Origin: Minisyncoccota bacterium
GTDB taxonomy: Bacteria; Patescibacteriota; Microgenomatia; UBA1400; PJMF01
NCBI GenBank assembly: GCA_009991965.1
Contig: JAACWQ010000006.1
Location: forward strand, 7,174 to 71,173
Length of the DNA stretch: 64,000 nt
Reading direction: 5' to 3'
Shown: positions 1 through 9,703 of the stretch, in pieces
How positions within the stretch are numbered: the first letter of the stretch is position 1
How the letters are laid out: every line of letters begins with the position of its first letter
The notes under the pieces: model-generated
Databases searched by the model: none
The model's input: only the letters and a program-made list of their open reading frames with translations
What the model was told of the DNA's origin: nothing
Program-made: the position numbers and the translations under genes

Positions 1-1
1 C

Positions 2-1165
2 CTCTGTCTATATTTGTTGCTGCAATCTATCTCGTACAAACGAGCGGCAATTTTCTTTTTTGCATCCTTTTGCCTTTTTGGAGCAAAGTACTCAGCGGCC
101 CCAATCGTTATAGTTTTTTATCTTCTGTACGGCATAAAGTTATACCGACAACGAAAAACACTTAAGCATTTGCCCAAACTCGCTGCGGGTGTGTCTGTCG
201 CAATACTGTTTGGATTTTTAATTTCAGGGGGAAGCGAGCTTGTTTCAAGAGGTATTAATTTAGTACAAAATATTCTATTCAAAGAAAAACTTGGTCTGAC
301 AACCTCAACTGCATCATCTGCCACTTGGATTAGTACGGTTTTTATCAAAAAGAATCTTCCGTTGTATTTGCAAGCACTCGCTGGAGGTAGTATTTACACA
401 CTTTGGGTCAAAAGTTCATTTGTTCCACAATTTATCGGCATAGTAACAGCAATAACGGTAGTGGTTACGAGCATTCGCTCAAGGTACCAATTTTTCTCAC
501 GCTCCGTGCTACTCCTGCTGGCGGTTCAAGTCGGATTTCTTTCGCTCTTTTATTCTTTTGAATCTCGATACATTTTGTATGCTATCCCCGTACTCTTACT
601 TGCCTTTGCCATTGCGCTGCAAGAAACTGTTGCCTTTGTTCAAAAGCACGTGTCAAAGAAATATAGGTCAGCAGTGCCAATTGCTTTAGTTACAACGATA
701 GGTCTCGTTTTCTTGGGCACAAATGCACTGCGGCTGAAAAATCAAGTCATGCTCAACCTGCGTCATGCCGAAACACCCTGGTGGTATCTGAGTGTAATCG
801 ATTTAAACAAGTATTTTGCTGACAATACTGAAAACAAACCGATCGTGATCACCGCAATAAGTCCGTACCTCATTGATTACTATTCAAATAATAATTACAA
901 ACTACTGCCTTTGGCCAATCAACAAGATTTTAATAGAGACGAAAGAGATCAAGTGGCGGCTTGGGGCCCAAACGACTACTCAGATTTATTAAGTCTGTAT
1001 CGCCAAAAGCTACTTGATGGCAATGAAGTCTACGTGAGCAAATACGGTCTCGGTCACGAAGCAGACAAAATTGCTGCCTTCCAAGCAATTCAAGATACAT
1101 TTTCACTCGAACTTGTGCAGTCTGGGTGCTACGATCTGTGCAACATCTATCAATTGCATCTATGA
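2..1165 (+). CDS. GT-C/ArnT-PMT-like multi-TM glycosyltransferase, 5' truncated by window edge
   Basis: Frame is open from base 2; many hydrophobic segments, 'GAKYS' and 'ESRYIL' motifs typical of GT-C membrane GTs; soluble C-terminal domain ending CYDLC. Confidence 0.65.
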   Translation, partial: LCLYLLLQSISYKRAAIFFFASFCLFGAKYSAAPIVIVFYLLYGIKLYRQRKTLKHLPKLAAGVSVAILFGFLISGGSELVSRGINLVQNILFKEKLGLTTSTASSATWISTVFIKKNLPLYLQALAGGSIYTLWVKSSFVPQFIGIVTAITVVVTSIRSRYQFFSRSVLLLLAVQVGFLSLFYSFESRYILYAIPVLLLAFAIALQETVAFVQKHVSKKYRSAVPIALVTTIGLVFLGTNALRLKNQVMLNLRHAETPWWYLSVIDLNKYFADNTENKPIVITAISPYLIDYYSNNNYKLLPLANQQDFNRDERDQVAAWGPNDYSDLLSLYRQKLLDGNEVYVSKYGLGHEADKIAAFQAIQDTFSLELVQSGCYDLCNIYQLHL

Positions 1166-4100
1166 TAGTACGCATGCTCACCTTCGTCAGCCTCTTCCTC
1201 CTCGCCTTTATCCCCCTGTACCCAAAAATACCCCTCTTTGACATTCTTCCTGGCTACATCGTGCGCGTACGAGTAGAGGACATACTGATGGTTCTCGCCA
1301 GCGGCCTCTGGTTTTGGCACGCACTCAAACATAGAGCAGAGTGGCGCAACGGTTATCTTGGCTTTGTTGGCATCTACGCATTTGCCGGACTGCTCACCAT
1401 TGCACTTGGCATATTTTTACTCCAAACCATTCCGCTCGAATTACTACACGTCGGCAAAAGCGCTTTACATTACTTTCGCTATCTCGAATACTTTTCCCTC
1501 TTTTTTATTGTTTTCTCTGGCATTAGGACCAAACGACAAACTAGGATTGCGCTCTTTGTCTTGGCCGCCACAACCTTTTTGGTCACGCTCTACGGCTTCG
1601 GCCAAAAATATATGCACTTTCCGTTGTACTCGACCATGAACCGGGAGTACAGCAAAGGGCAAGCCTTTTATCTCGAGGCGGGAGGCAAGGTCAGCTCTAC
1701 TTTTGGTGGGCACTATGATCTCGCCGCTTTTCTTGTCATTGTCTTGCCGATGCTTTTTGCTTTTTCACTTACACGCTTTGGAAGAACCAAAAAAAAGCTA
1801 CTAGTATTTGGTTGGCTGCAGCTCACACATCTAGCAGGACTTTGGCTACTTATAGAAACAGGCTCTAAGACAGCGCTTATTTCGTATCTGCTCGCACTCA
1901 CCATTGTGGTGGTACTAAACATATTGCGAATTCAAGATAAGCGGCTCAAGGCACTGTTTTCTTCAGCTGCTCTTGCCGGGGTAGTCGTTATGGCTTTTTT
2001 GTTTCTGACACTGTTCGGTGCCAAAACAAAAGACCGCTTTACCAATTTGTTTCAATCAGTCTTTCAAGATCAGCAAAATGTGGATCCCACCGACCTTGTC
2101 GGCAACGGCTATGAGTGGAAAACTCACACTCAGACTTCCCCCGATGGCGTTGTCACCACTACCAGAGAGCTCGAGAAGAGCACGTGGTCACCAAATGCAA
2201 TCCGTTACGGCATCTCCATGGGCATCCGCCTCGACACGCTCTGGCCACAGGCGATCAGAGGTCTAAATAATAACCCACTCTTTGGCAGTGGCTACGGCAC
2301 GCTTTCCAAGATTGAAAACTCACAATACACCGAGGCAGATAGTACCGACAATAATTATTTGCGCACATTGGGCGAAACCGGCCTGATTGGCTTTGTACTT
2401 TTTTATGGCTTTATTCTTGTCGCTATGCGCACGGTCAAACGGAAATTGCCAGAACAAACTGGCATTTTACATGCACTGAGTATTGGCTATCTCGGAGCAA
2501 GCGCGGGCTTATTGCTCAATGCGTTATATATAGATGTGTTTGCAGCCTCCAAGGTCGCCTTCATCTACTGGGGAGTCTCTGGGCTGACGCTGAGCATGGT
2601 CGCCAGAGCAGAGGGTTTGCACGCCTTGCAAACACTCTTTGGCCACCTCAATCGCCACAAGTCATTGTATGTAGCTGTGCTCCTCAGTTTTTTCATTCTC
2701 CATCAGAATCCACTGGCTACAAACTCACGCCTGCACGCATTTGACACTTCCAGCAAGTCTCTCGAGAATTTTGTAGCCGCCCGCTGTTTTATAAAAACAC
2801 ACTCGTTTGATCTTTGCCGCAGCGATGGTTCTAAGGCTGGTAGTAACTTCACTGTGTATAGCGTTCTGCTCGTACCGTTTGTGTGGCTATCAAAAAATCC
2901 GGCAGTGTATTACCACCTGAACTTCTCGCTGGTCTTACTGGTCTTGATAGTTGTGCACAAAAAAATTGCTAAAAAATCATTCCTGAGCTTGCTCTTTATC
3001 GTCGGTATGGCATATGAATACGGCTTTAGTCGTGGTCCGCTGGAAGATATACAACTGCTGCGACTACTTATTCTTACTCCTGTCAGCCTCTGGCTGCTGC
3101 AGAAATTTCTCCTGCATGGCAAACACGCCCGCGTAACTAAAATCGTTATCTATGGCGTCCTCATGTTTATTCCCGTTCTGCGGACCGATTTTGCACACAG
3201 CTTCATCGAAAGCTTCCGCAACGTCGAACAAGTAGTCAAACGCGATTCGGTCCTACAAGCAAATGTTTCCCTCAAAGAAAATAGTTACCTCATCACCACG
3301 CTTTCTCCTTATTACACTGATCTCTACAGTAGCCAACTGTACCAAGTGCTGCCGCTTTCGTCGGCGCAAGTCTACACAAACCTGCTCGAGCAGGGGAGCA
3401 AACTCTTTTTGACCGAGCAGGGTATATCCGAAAACAAAATGTTCTTTGACGATTTCACCAAACTGCGAAAAAATTTCGATGTGCGTTATCTCACAATCGA
3501 CTGTTTCGACAAGTGCTCGCTGTATACTGTGAAATCGCTTTCAGAAAAGATTTCGCCAATACCAAGCACAATCACAACTCGGCCACTCAATCCAGCCAAG
3601 CTCCCAGCAAGTTATTCCTTTGCAGTCGTTGCCAATCGATATGACGAGAATGCGCTGGCAGAAAAGACAATTCTCACTAAACTAGCTGGACTGCAAACTG
3701 AGCCGTTCGAGTTCTTGATCGTCACCGGCGATATCGTCAATACACGCGACAAAGGTGCCATACCAACCATCAACGCCTTGCTAACTGACAATTCTCCCTA
3801 TCCAATTCTCTATAACCCAGGCAACTATGATCTTCTACCGCAAAAACCGTATGACATTCACAGTGAGCGTTTTTACTCAGATCGTGATTACTTCATCACG
3901 CTGGATATCGGAGCAGACTCCGTGGCGACCAATGAGCAGCGGATTTTTGTCTTCAACGCGTTACTCGAACTAGAACAGTTGCCCGATATTAAAAACCTGT
4001 TTATCATCTCGCACGATCTCAACTGGCAAGATCAGTCAAATCAAAAAAACTTTATCCACCAACTCGATGCGAAGTTGCGTGAATTCCCAGATTTAGATGT

Positions 4101-4239
4101 GTATGTTTTGACCGCGGATCATGGTGACGCCGAGAGTGAAACCGCGCTGAAAAAGGGGAATATAACCTACCGAGCAGGTAGTTTGAGAGCGAAAGTTGAT
4201 GCAACTGGAATTGTCAGTATTAGTTCAGAGACTCTCTAA
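1162..4239 (+). CDS. O-antigen ligase/Wzy-like protein fused to GT-C-like fragment and C-terminal metallophosphoesterase-like domain
   Basis: ATG at 1162 overlaps upstream stop (ATGA); 'STFGGHYDL', 'NPLFGSGYG', 'DNNYLRTLGETGLIG' are Wzy_C-like; C-terminus has 'VTGD', 'PGNYD', 'IISH'. Confidence 0.75.
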   Translation: MIVRMLTFVSLFLLAFIPLYPKIPLFDILPGYIVRVRVEDILMVLASGLWFWHALKHRAEWRNGYLGFVGIYAFAGLLTIALGIFLLQTIPLELLHVGKSALHYFRYLEYFSLFFIVFSGIRTKRQTRIALFVLAATTFLVTLYGFGQKYMHFPLYSTMNREYSKGQAFYLEAGGKVSSTFGGHYDLAAFLVIVLPMLFAFSLTRFGRTKKKLLVFGWLQLTHLAGLWLLIETGSKTALISYLLALTIVVVLNILRIQDKRLKALFSSAALAGVVVMAFLFLTLFGAKTKDRFTNLFQSVFQDQQNVDPTDLVGNGYEWKTHTQTSPDGVVTTTRELEKSTWSPNAIRYGISMGIRLDTLWPQAIRGLNNNPLFGSGYGTLSKIENSQYTEADSTDNNYLRTLGETGLIGFVLFYGFILVAMRTVKRKLPEQTGILHALSIGYLGASAGLLLNALYIDVFAASKVAFIYWGVSGLTLSMVARAEGLHALQTLFGHLNRHKSLYVAVLLSFFILHQNPLATNSRLHAFDTSSKSLENFVAARCFIKTHSFDLCRSDGSKAGSNFTVYSVLLVPFVWLSKNPAVYYHLNFSLVLLVLIVVHKKIAKKSFLSLLFIVGMAYEYGFSRGPLEDIQLLRLLILTPVSLWLLQKFLLHGKHARVTKIVIYGVLMFIPVLRTDFAHSFIESFRNVEQVVKRDSVLQANVSLKENSYLITTLSPYYTDLYSSQLYQVLPLSSAQVYTNLLEQGSKLFLTEQGISENKMFFDDFTKLRKNFDVRYLTIDCFDKCSLYTVKSLSEKISPIPSTITTRPLNPAKLPASYSFAVVANRYDENALAEKTILTKLAGLQTEPFEFLIVTGDIVNTRDKGAIPTINALLTDNSPYPILYNPGNYDLLPQKPYDIHSERFYSDRDYFITLDIGADSVATNEQRIFVFNALLELEQLPDIKNLFIISHDLNWQDQSNQKNFIHQLDAKLREFPDLDVYVLTADHGDAESETALKKGNITYRAGSLRAKVDATGIVSISSETL

Positions 4240-5185
4240 CCCTCCGCAAACCCTCCGCAAAACTAACCTGTGGCGACCAACCAAGTACCTGACGCGCTTT
4301 TGAAATATCTGGCTTACGTCGAGTGGGATCATCGCCTGGCAAATCTTTAAAGATTATTTCTAGCTCTGGTTTGTCAAATGCCTTTTTCACCAACTCTGCT
4401 GTTGCGAGTGCCGTATGTTCTTCATTTGGATTACCAAGATTGATCGTTTCTCCGGCCAGATCCTCAAGCGTGCCCATCAGAACAATACCAGCAACCAAAT
4501 CGGACACATAACAAAATGATCGCGTTTGTGAGCCGTCACCATAGATTGTGAGTGGTTCGGAATCCATTGCTTGGCGGATAAAATTTGGAATAATCCGCCC
4601 ATCGGCCAAATCCATACGTGGGCCATAGGTATTAAAAATCCGCACAATGCGGACATCCATGCCAAAATCTCTCGCGTGTACGCCACAAATTGTTTCACCA
4701 AGTCGCTTGGCTTCGTCGTAACACGAGCGCACACCATTGGGATTAACATTGCCCCAATAGCCCTCAACTTGCGGATGCTCTGCAGGATCCCCATATGTTT
4801 CAGACGTGCTAGCAAAAACAAATCGCGCCTGAGGCGCATGTTCCTTGAGGTGTTGCAGTAGGTAATGTGTGCCAATCGAGTTCACCAGGTAAGTCTCAAC
4901 TGGGTGAGCCTGATAGCGAGGCGGACTGGCGGGGGAAGCAAGGTGAAATACAACATCTGGTGACAAACCAGCAGGCAAGTACTTTGCGGCTGGCTGCGAT
5001 ACGTCTGCTTTTATGAAATGAAAATTACCGTTGCTCTCAAGATGGTCTATATTTTTCGCCTGGCCAGTGATAAAATTGTCAATACCATACACTGTGTAGC
5101 CCATTTTTAATAACGAATCACATAAGTGCGAGCCGACAAAACCTGCGGCTCCAGTTACGATGGCTGTTTGGTCACTACGATTCAT
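4220..5185 (-). CDS. UDP-glucuronate decarboxylase-like NAD-dependent epimerase/dehydratase
   Basis: TGAAGFVGSHL, HLASPASPPRY, CYDEAKR, RIFNTYGPRM motifs. Confidence 0.9.
   Translation of the reverse strand: MNRSDQTAIVTGAAGFVGSHLCDSLLKMGYTVYGIDNFITGQAKNIDHLESNGNFHFIKADVSQPAAKYLPAGLSPDVVFHLASPASPPRYQAHPVETYLVNSIGTHYLLQHLKEHAPQARFVFASTSETYGDPAEHPQVEGYWGNVNPNGVRSCYDEAKRLGETICGVHARDFGMDVRIVRIFNTYGPRMDLADGRIIPNFIRQAMDSEPLTIYGDGSQTRSFCYVSDLVAGIVLMGTLEDLAGETINLGNPNEEHTALATAELVKKAFDKPELEIIFKDLPGDDPTRRKPDISKARQVLGWSPQVSFAEGLRRVRESLN
4240..4261. repeat. Perfect 11-bp tandem duplication CCCTCCGCAAA x2
   Basis: Read directly: 4240-4250 and 4251-4261. Confidence 0.85.
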
Positions 5186-5191
5186 GAAATT

Positions 5192-5197
5192 ATTCTA
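5192..5197 (-). promoter_or_regulatory. -10 box TAGAAT 6 nt before ATG of the decarboxylase gene
   Basis: Minus strand reads GGTAGAAT-aatttc-ATG. Confidence 0.55.
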
Positions 5198-5226
5198 CCG
5201 TATTCTTACTTAGAAAGGTGGCTAAA

Positions 5227-5406
5227 ATGCCTGAGCAATCACAACTAACTGAACAAGACTATATTAGGATAGCCGGTTATGTAAAAAATGATGAATGGCC
5301 TTCTTTTTGGGATGAGGTTCTAATACTTGCATTGCAAAATCCAAAAAATGAAAAGTTGATCGGGCAACTCAAAACAGCTGCTACGCCTAGCAGTTCTGAC
5401 AAATAA
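5227..5406 (+). CDS. Small hypothetical protein (~59 aa)
   Basis: Fills an otherwise empty intergenic gap; AAAGGTGG SD-like element 6 nt before ATG; no recognisable motif. Confidence 0.35.
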   Translation: MPEQSQLTEQDYIRIAGYVKNDEWPSFWDEVLILALQNPKNEKLIGQLKTAATPSSSDK

Positions 5407-5423
5407 TCTCTATAATTCTTCTT

Positions 5424-6899
5424 GTGCGCAAATTATTTGTTTCTACAACTTTTCCGTTATATCTCATTCTACTGGTGGCTTTGGTACTGCGAATACCACT
5501 TTTGACGGGATCATTTTGGCTTGACGAAGCCGCGCAAGCTTTGGAAAGTACCAGACCACTTTCCCAGCAATTAGACATTGTTGCCGACTTTCAACCGCCA
5601 CTGCTGCATCTCGTTACTCATTTTGCGAGTTACTTTTCAACTGCAGAATGGTGGCTGCGTACTGTCGGCGCGCTCATTCCAGGCTTGGTGACCATTGCTT
5701 TCAGCTATGTACTCTTGCTTCGTGCCGCAAATAAAAAAACTGCCATTATTGGATCACTTTTACTCAGCACCTCATCTCTGCACATCTATTTTTCTCAAGA
5801 ACTTCGGCCGTATGCCCTGCCGGCTATGTTCGCTGTCATCTCGTGGTGGGCGCTGTACGAAAAACGTTGGCGCTCATTTACAGCCAGCACAATACTTGGT
5901 TTGTATAGCTCGTATCTGTTTCCTTTTTTGCTTTTTTCTCAACTTGTCTGGCAACTTGTTGTGGTGAAGGAAAAGCGAAGAGAGTTCTTTTCGTCAATAG
6001 CACTTTCGGCCGCGCTTTTTGCGCCTTGGCTACCCATGTTTTTTGCACAACTACAAACAGGCCAACTCTTGCGCCATGACTTGCCGGGCTGGGATACAGT
6101 CGTCAGCGTTCCACAAGAAAAGGCGTTGCAGTTGGTTTTTGCCAAGTTTATATTTGGTCTGAGTGATCTCTCACTTTCGCCAACCTATCTACTCATTGCA
6201 GGCCTGATTGGTCTTGGTATAGCTTTTCTATGCATCCATTTCTGGCCAAAGACGCCAAGTAAAAAACGCAGATTACTTGCGTTACTACTGCTCTGGACTG
6301 GCCTGCCACTGCTCGTTGGTTGGTTGGTCTCTTGGATTATTCCCGTGATCGAGCCCAAGCGTTTACTATTGTCATTAGCTGGTTTTTATGGCCTTGCTGC
6401 CTACCTGTCGGTTTTGGCTGCCCAACAAAAAAGTCGAGCAGTTGCCTGGACTGGTCATATCCTAATTGCAACACTTCTCACCCTTACTATTTGGAGCACA
6501 ACAAATTACTACACCAACGCCAAACTGCAGCGAGAGGATTGGCGAGGCAGTATCGCAAAAATAGAGCAGACATATCCTACTCAAGATACCGTCGCGCTCT
6601 TTATCTTTCCTGATCCATTTGCTCCCTGGCGGTGGTACGCAGATCCCAAGATCAAAACCCTTACGACCAAGACCATTTTTATAACCAAAGATACCCAACT
6701 GCGGGATTTGCTCGAGCCAACGCTTGACTACACGTACCTGGTAGTGTTTGATTATCTACAGGATCTGACTGACCCGAATCGATTAGTCCGCGCAGAGTTA
6801 GAAAAATTTGGTTTTCGGGAGACTGGTTCATTCTCAACTGAGAATCTTGGTTTTGTTCGCATCTTCACGAACAAACAAACTATGGAAAATAATGGATAG
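5424..6899 (+). CDS. GT-C/ArnT-PMT (GT39/GT83-like) membrane glycosyltransferase
   Basis: 'SFWLDEA', 'DFQPPL', 'YFSQELRPY', 'REDWR' motifs; many TM helices; TATAAT 7 nt before GTG. Confidence 0.85.
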   Translation: MRKLFVSTTFPLYLILLVALVLRIPLLTGSFWLDEAAQALESTRPLSQQLDIVADFQPPLLHLVTHFASYFSTAEWWLRTVGALIPGLVTIAFSYVLLLRAANKKTAIIGSLLLSTSSLHIYFSQELRPYALPAMFAVISWWALYEKRWRSFTASTILGLYSSYLFPFLLFSQLVWQLVVVKEKRREFFSSIALSAALFAPWLPMFFAQLQTGQLLRHDLPGWDTVVSVPQEKALQLVFAKFIFGLSDLSLSPTYLLIAGLIGLGIAFLCIHFWPKTPSKKRRLLALLLLWTGLPLLVGWLVSWIIPVIEPKRLLLSLAGFYGLAAYLSVLAAQQKSRAVAWTGHILIATLLTLTIWSTTNYYTNAKLQREDWRGSIAKIEQTYPTQDTVALFIFPDPFAPWRWYADPKIKTLTTKTIFITKDTQLRDLLEPTLDYTYLVVFDYLQDLTDPNRLVRAELEKFGFRETGSFSTENLGFVRIFTNKQTMENNG

Positions 6900-8058
6900 C
6901 ACTATGTCTCAAGCAATTCGCGTCGGCATCGACATTACTTCTGTACTCTACGGTAGAGGCGTTTCGCGTTACACGACGAATCTCACTCGACACTTGCTTG
7001 CCAATAAGCGAGTAAAAATGAGCTTATACGGTTCATCATTGCGACAAAAAACAGAACTCGAAAAAATTGCCAAAGAATTAAAAGACGCCACAGAGCAAAA
7101 GGCGCACACTGTCATCCGCAACTATCCACCTTCGCTGTACAACTTTCTCTGGTACAAACTTGGTTACCCAAAAATCCGTTCTGCCATGCCAGAAATTTCT
7201 TTGTTTCACTCCTGGGACTGGCTACAACCACCAGATAGAGATCTGCCGTTAATTTCGACCATCCACGACCTCTCGATGCTTAAATACCCAGAGACAGCCC
7301 ACCCGCAGATCATGAGTATGCACCAGAAATCCTGGGAGGTACTCAAGAAGCGCAATGCACATATTATTGCGGTGAGTAGGGCAACAAAACATGACATCAT
7401 CTCTTACCTAGATATTCCCGCTGAACGCATCCATGTCGTGCACGAGGCATTGCCAGATGAGGCCATGCTCGTCAATACACATTTGACTGAGGCTCGGTAC
7501 GAACAACTCAAGGTGGAGCTGCAACTAACAAAGCCCTATATTTTATTTGTTGGCACCAGAGAACCAAGGAAGAATTTGGCTCGGCTGATTGCTGCTTGGC
7601 AATCGCTCAACATTCCAGATCTAGAATTATTGATCGCGGGGAGTGTAGGTTGGGACAAAACAGACGATCTAGCAAAGACTCCTGGGCTGCGATTTTTGAA
7701 TCGTGTAAGCGATGAAGCTCTCTCCGTTCTCTATGGCGAAGCAAATGTCTTTGCATTTCCGTCACTCTATGAAGGTTTCGGCCTACCAATCCTTGAGGCA
7801 TTTCACCATGGCACACCTGTCGTGACATCAAACTGTTCAAGCATGCCAGAGGTGGCAGGAAACGCAGCCGAGCTGGTTAACCCACTCTCAGAGCAAAGCA
7901 TTGCTGCAGGTCTGAGCAAAGTGCTCAACGAAAGTTTGGCAGACCAGCGAAAACGTTTACAAAAAATGATTATTCGCTCGCAAATGTTTAGTTGGAATCG
8001 CGTTGCAGATCAGACTATCGATGCCTACGAGCAAACGATCCAGACTTTTGTGTCATAA
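6892..8058 (+). CDS. Glycosyltransferase family 4
   Basis: TIHDL, GTREPRKNL, FPSLYEGFGLPILEA; ATG at 6892 or 6904. Confidence 0.9.
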   Translation: MDSTMSQAIRVGIDITSVLYGRGVSRYTTNLTRHLLANKRVKMSLYGSSLRQKTELEKIAKELKDATEQKAHTVIRNYPPSLYNFLWYKLGYPKIRSAMPEISLFHSWDWLQPPDRDLPLISTIHDLSMLKYPETAHPQIMSMHQKSWEVLKKRNAHIIAVSRATKHDIISYLDIPAERIHVVHEALPDEAMLVNTHLTEARYEQLKVELQLTKPYILFVGTREPRKNLARLIAAWQSLNIPDLELLIAGSVGWDKTDDLAKTPGLRFLNRVSDEALSVLYGEANVFAFPSLYEGFGLPILEAFHHGTPVVTSNCSSMPEVAGNAAELVNPLSEQSIAAGLSKVLNESLADQRKRLQKMIIRSQMFSWNRVADQTIDAYEQTIQTFVS

Positions 8059-8064
8059 TAAATA

Positions 8065-9219
8065 ATGGCACCCCACCGCATAGCAATTGATGGCAACGAA
8101 GCAAATGTGCAAAACCGTGTGGGGAGCAATATTTTCGCTTTTGAATTACTGCTAGAACTAGAAAAACAACTGGCACACAACCCCAATTGGGAAATTACTG
8201 TGTTGCTTACTATGCATCCACTCGCTGATCTTCCAGCCGAGCGCCCTGGCTGGAAGTATGTCATTTTACGCCCCAAACAACTCTGGACACAGTGGGCATT
8301 ACCAAAATATTTATTTGCAAACAAAGACAGCCTCGATCTTTTCTTCACGCCAGGCCACTACGCCCCACGCCTCTCGCCAGTGCCATATATTTCGGCAGTA
8401 CTTGATCTAGCATTCCTTTCACACCCAACATTATTTACTCTACGAGATCGTTTGCAACTTACGTACTGGACAAAATATAGCGTCAAACGAGCACAAAAAA
8501 TCATTACTATCAGCGAAGCGTCGAAACAAGAAATTGCAGAAAAATATGGCATTGCGCCAAAAAATATCGTCGTCTGCTATCCGGCTATAGGAAAAGTAGA
8601 GAAAATTTCGGCACAACAAGCGCAACAAATTCTAAATAAATACTCTTTGCCCGAATCGTTCTTTATTTCGCTCGGTACCTTGCAACCAAGAAAAAACCTC
8701 ATTCGTTTGATCGAAGCATTTGAGAGCTTTTCTCGCAAACAACAAGGTCTTGCAAAAATTTCAAAGCAGCAACACTTGGTTTTCGCTGGCAAAGAAGGCT
8801 GGCTGGCACAACCCATTCTTGATCGTATTGCAGAATCACCGTTCAAGGAAAATATTCACCTCACCGGATTTATCTCGGAACAAGAAAAATGGGTACTCCT
8901 GCGCGCAGCTACTGCTTCAATTTCTATTGGGCTTAAAGAGGGTTTCGGCATACCTGCACTCGAAGCACTCGAGGTTGGAACAATTCCTGTGGTGTCGAAT
9001 ACTACGAGTTTGCCAGAAGTAGTGGGGCAAGCCGGCATTCTTGTTGATCCAACAAATTCGCTCGCGATTGCAGATGGACTCTGGCAAGTTGCCACACTCA
9101 AAGCTAGAGACCGAGCGGTGCTCCGAAAAAAGGGCAGAGAACAAAAAGCAAAATTTACCTGGAGCAAAACAGCCGCCACAGTACTTGATCTCTGGCAAGC
9201 TGTACTCGATATCTCATGA
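8065..9219 (+). CDS. Glycosyltransferase family 4
   Basis: GTLQPRKNL, EGFGIPALEA, SLPEVVG. Confidence 0.9.
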   Translation: MAPHRIAIDGNEANVQNRVGSNIFAFELLLELEKQLAHNPNWEITVLLTMHPLADLPAERPGWKYVILRPKQLWTQWALPKYLFANKDSLDLFFTPGHYAPRLSPVPYISAVLDLAFLSHPTLFTLRDRLQLTYWTKYSVKRAQKIITISEASKQEIAEKYGIAPKNIVVCYPAIGKVEKISAQQAQQILNKYSLPESFFISLGTLQPRKNLIRLIEAFESFSRKQQGLAKISKQQHLVFAGKEGWLAQPILDRIAESPFKENIHLTGFISEQEKWVLLRAATASISIGLKEGFGIPALEALEVGTIPVVSNTTSLPEVVGQAGILVDPTNSLAIADGLWQVATLKARDRAVLRKKGREQKAKFTWSKTAATVLDLWQAVLDIS

Positions 9220-9701
9220 TAACTATTTTAGGCATTGATCCGGGATATGATCGACTTGGATGGGCAATAGCAACAATACAGCAGCGAAAAATGTCGCTCG
9301 TCGCCTACGACTGCATCGTCACCGACAAAACACAGGATTTTCTCCAGCGCATGGGCGCTATCACCGCCGAGCTTGAATCTATCCTAACGAAATATCAACC
9401 CAATGAACTTGCGATCGAAACACTCATTTTTGCGCGCAATACAACAACTGCTCTCAAGGTGAGCGAAATTCGCGGCTCAGTCATCACCACAGCAACTGGG
9501 CACAACATTGCTGTTTCCCAATATAACCCTATGACCATTAAGCAATCCGTGACTGGCTATGGCAAAGCTGACAAGCAAGCTCTCAACAAAATGTTACGAC
9601 TGCTTTTCCCAAAGATCGGCAAAGTTTCGCACGATGATACAATGGACGCGATCGCGGTTACACTCGCACACGCGCTGACGCTTCACCAGATTCAATTGTA
9701 A
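9216..9701 (+). CDS. ruvC: Holliday junction resolvase RuvC
   Basis: ILGIDPG, AIETLIF, VTGYGKADK, DDTMDAIA. Confidence 0.95.
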   Translation: MITILGIDPGYDRLGWAIATIQQRKMSLVAYDCIVTDKTQDFLQRMGAITAELESILTKYQPNELAIETLIFARNTTTALKVSEIRGSVITTATGHNIAVSQYNPMTIKQSVTGYGKADKQALNKMLRLLFPKIGKVSHDDTMDAIAVTLAHALTLHQIQL

Positions 9702-9703
9702 CT

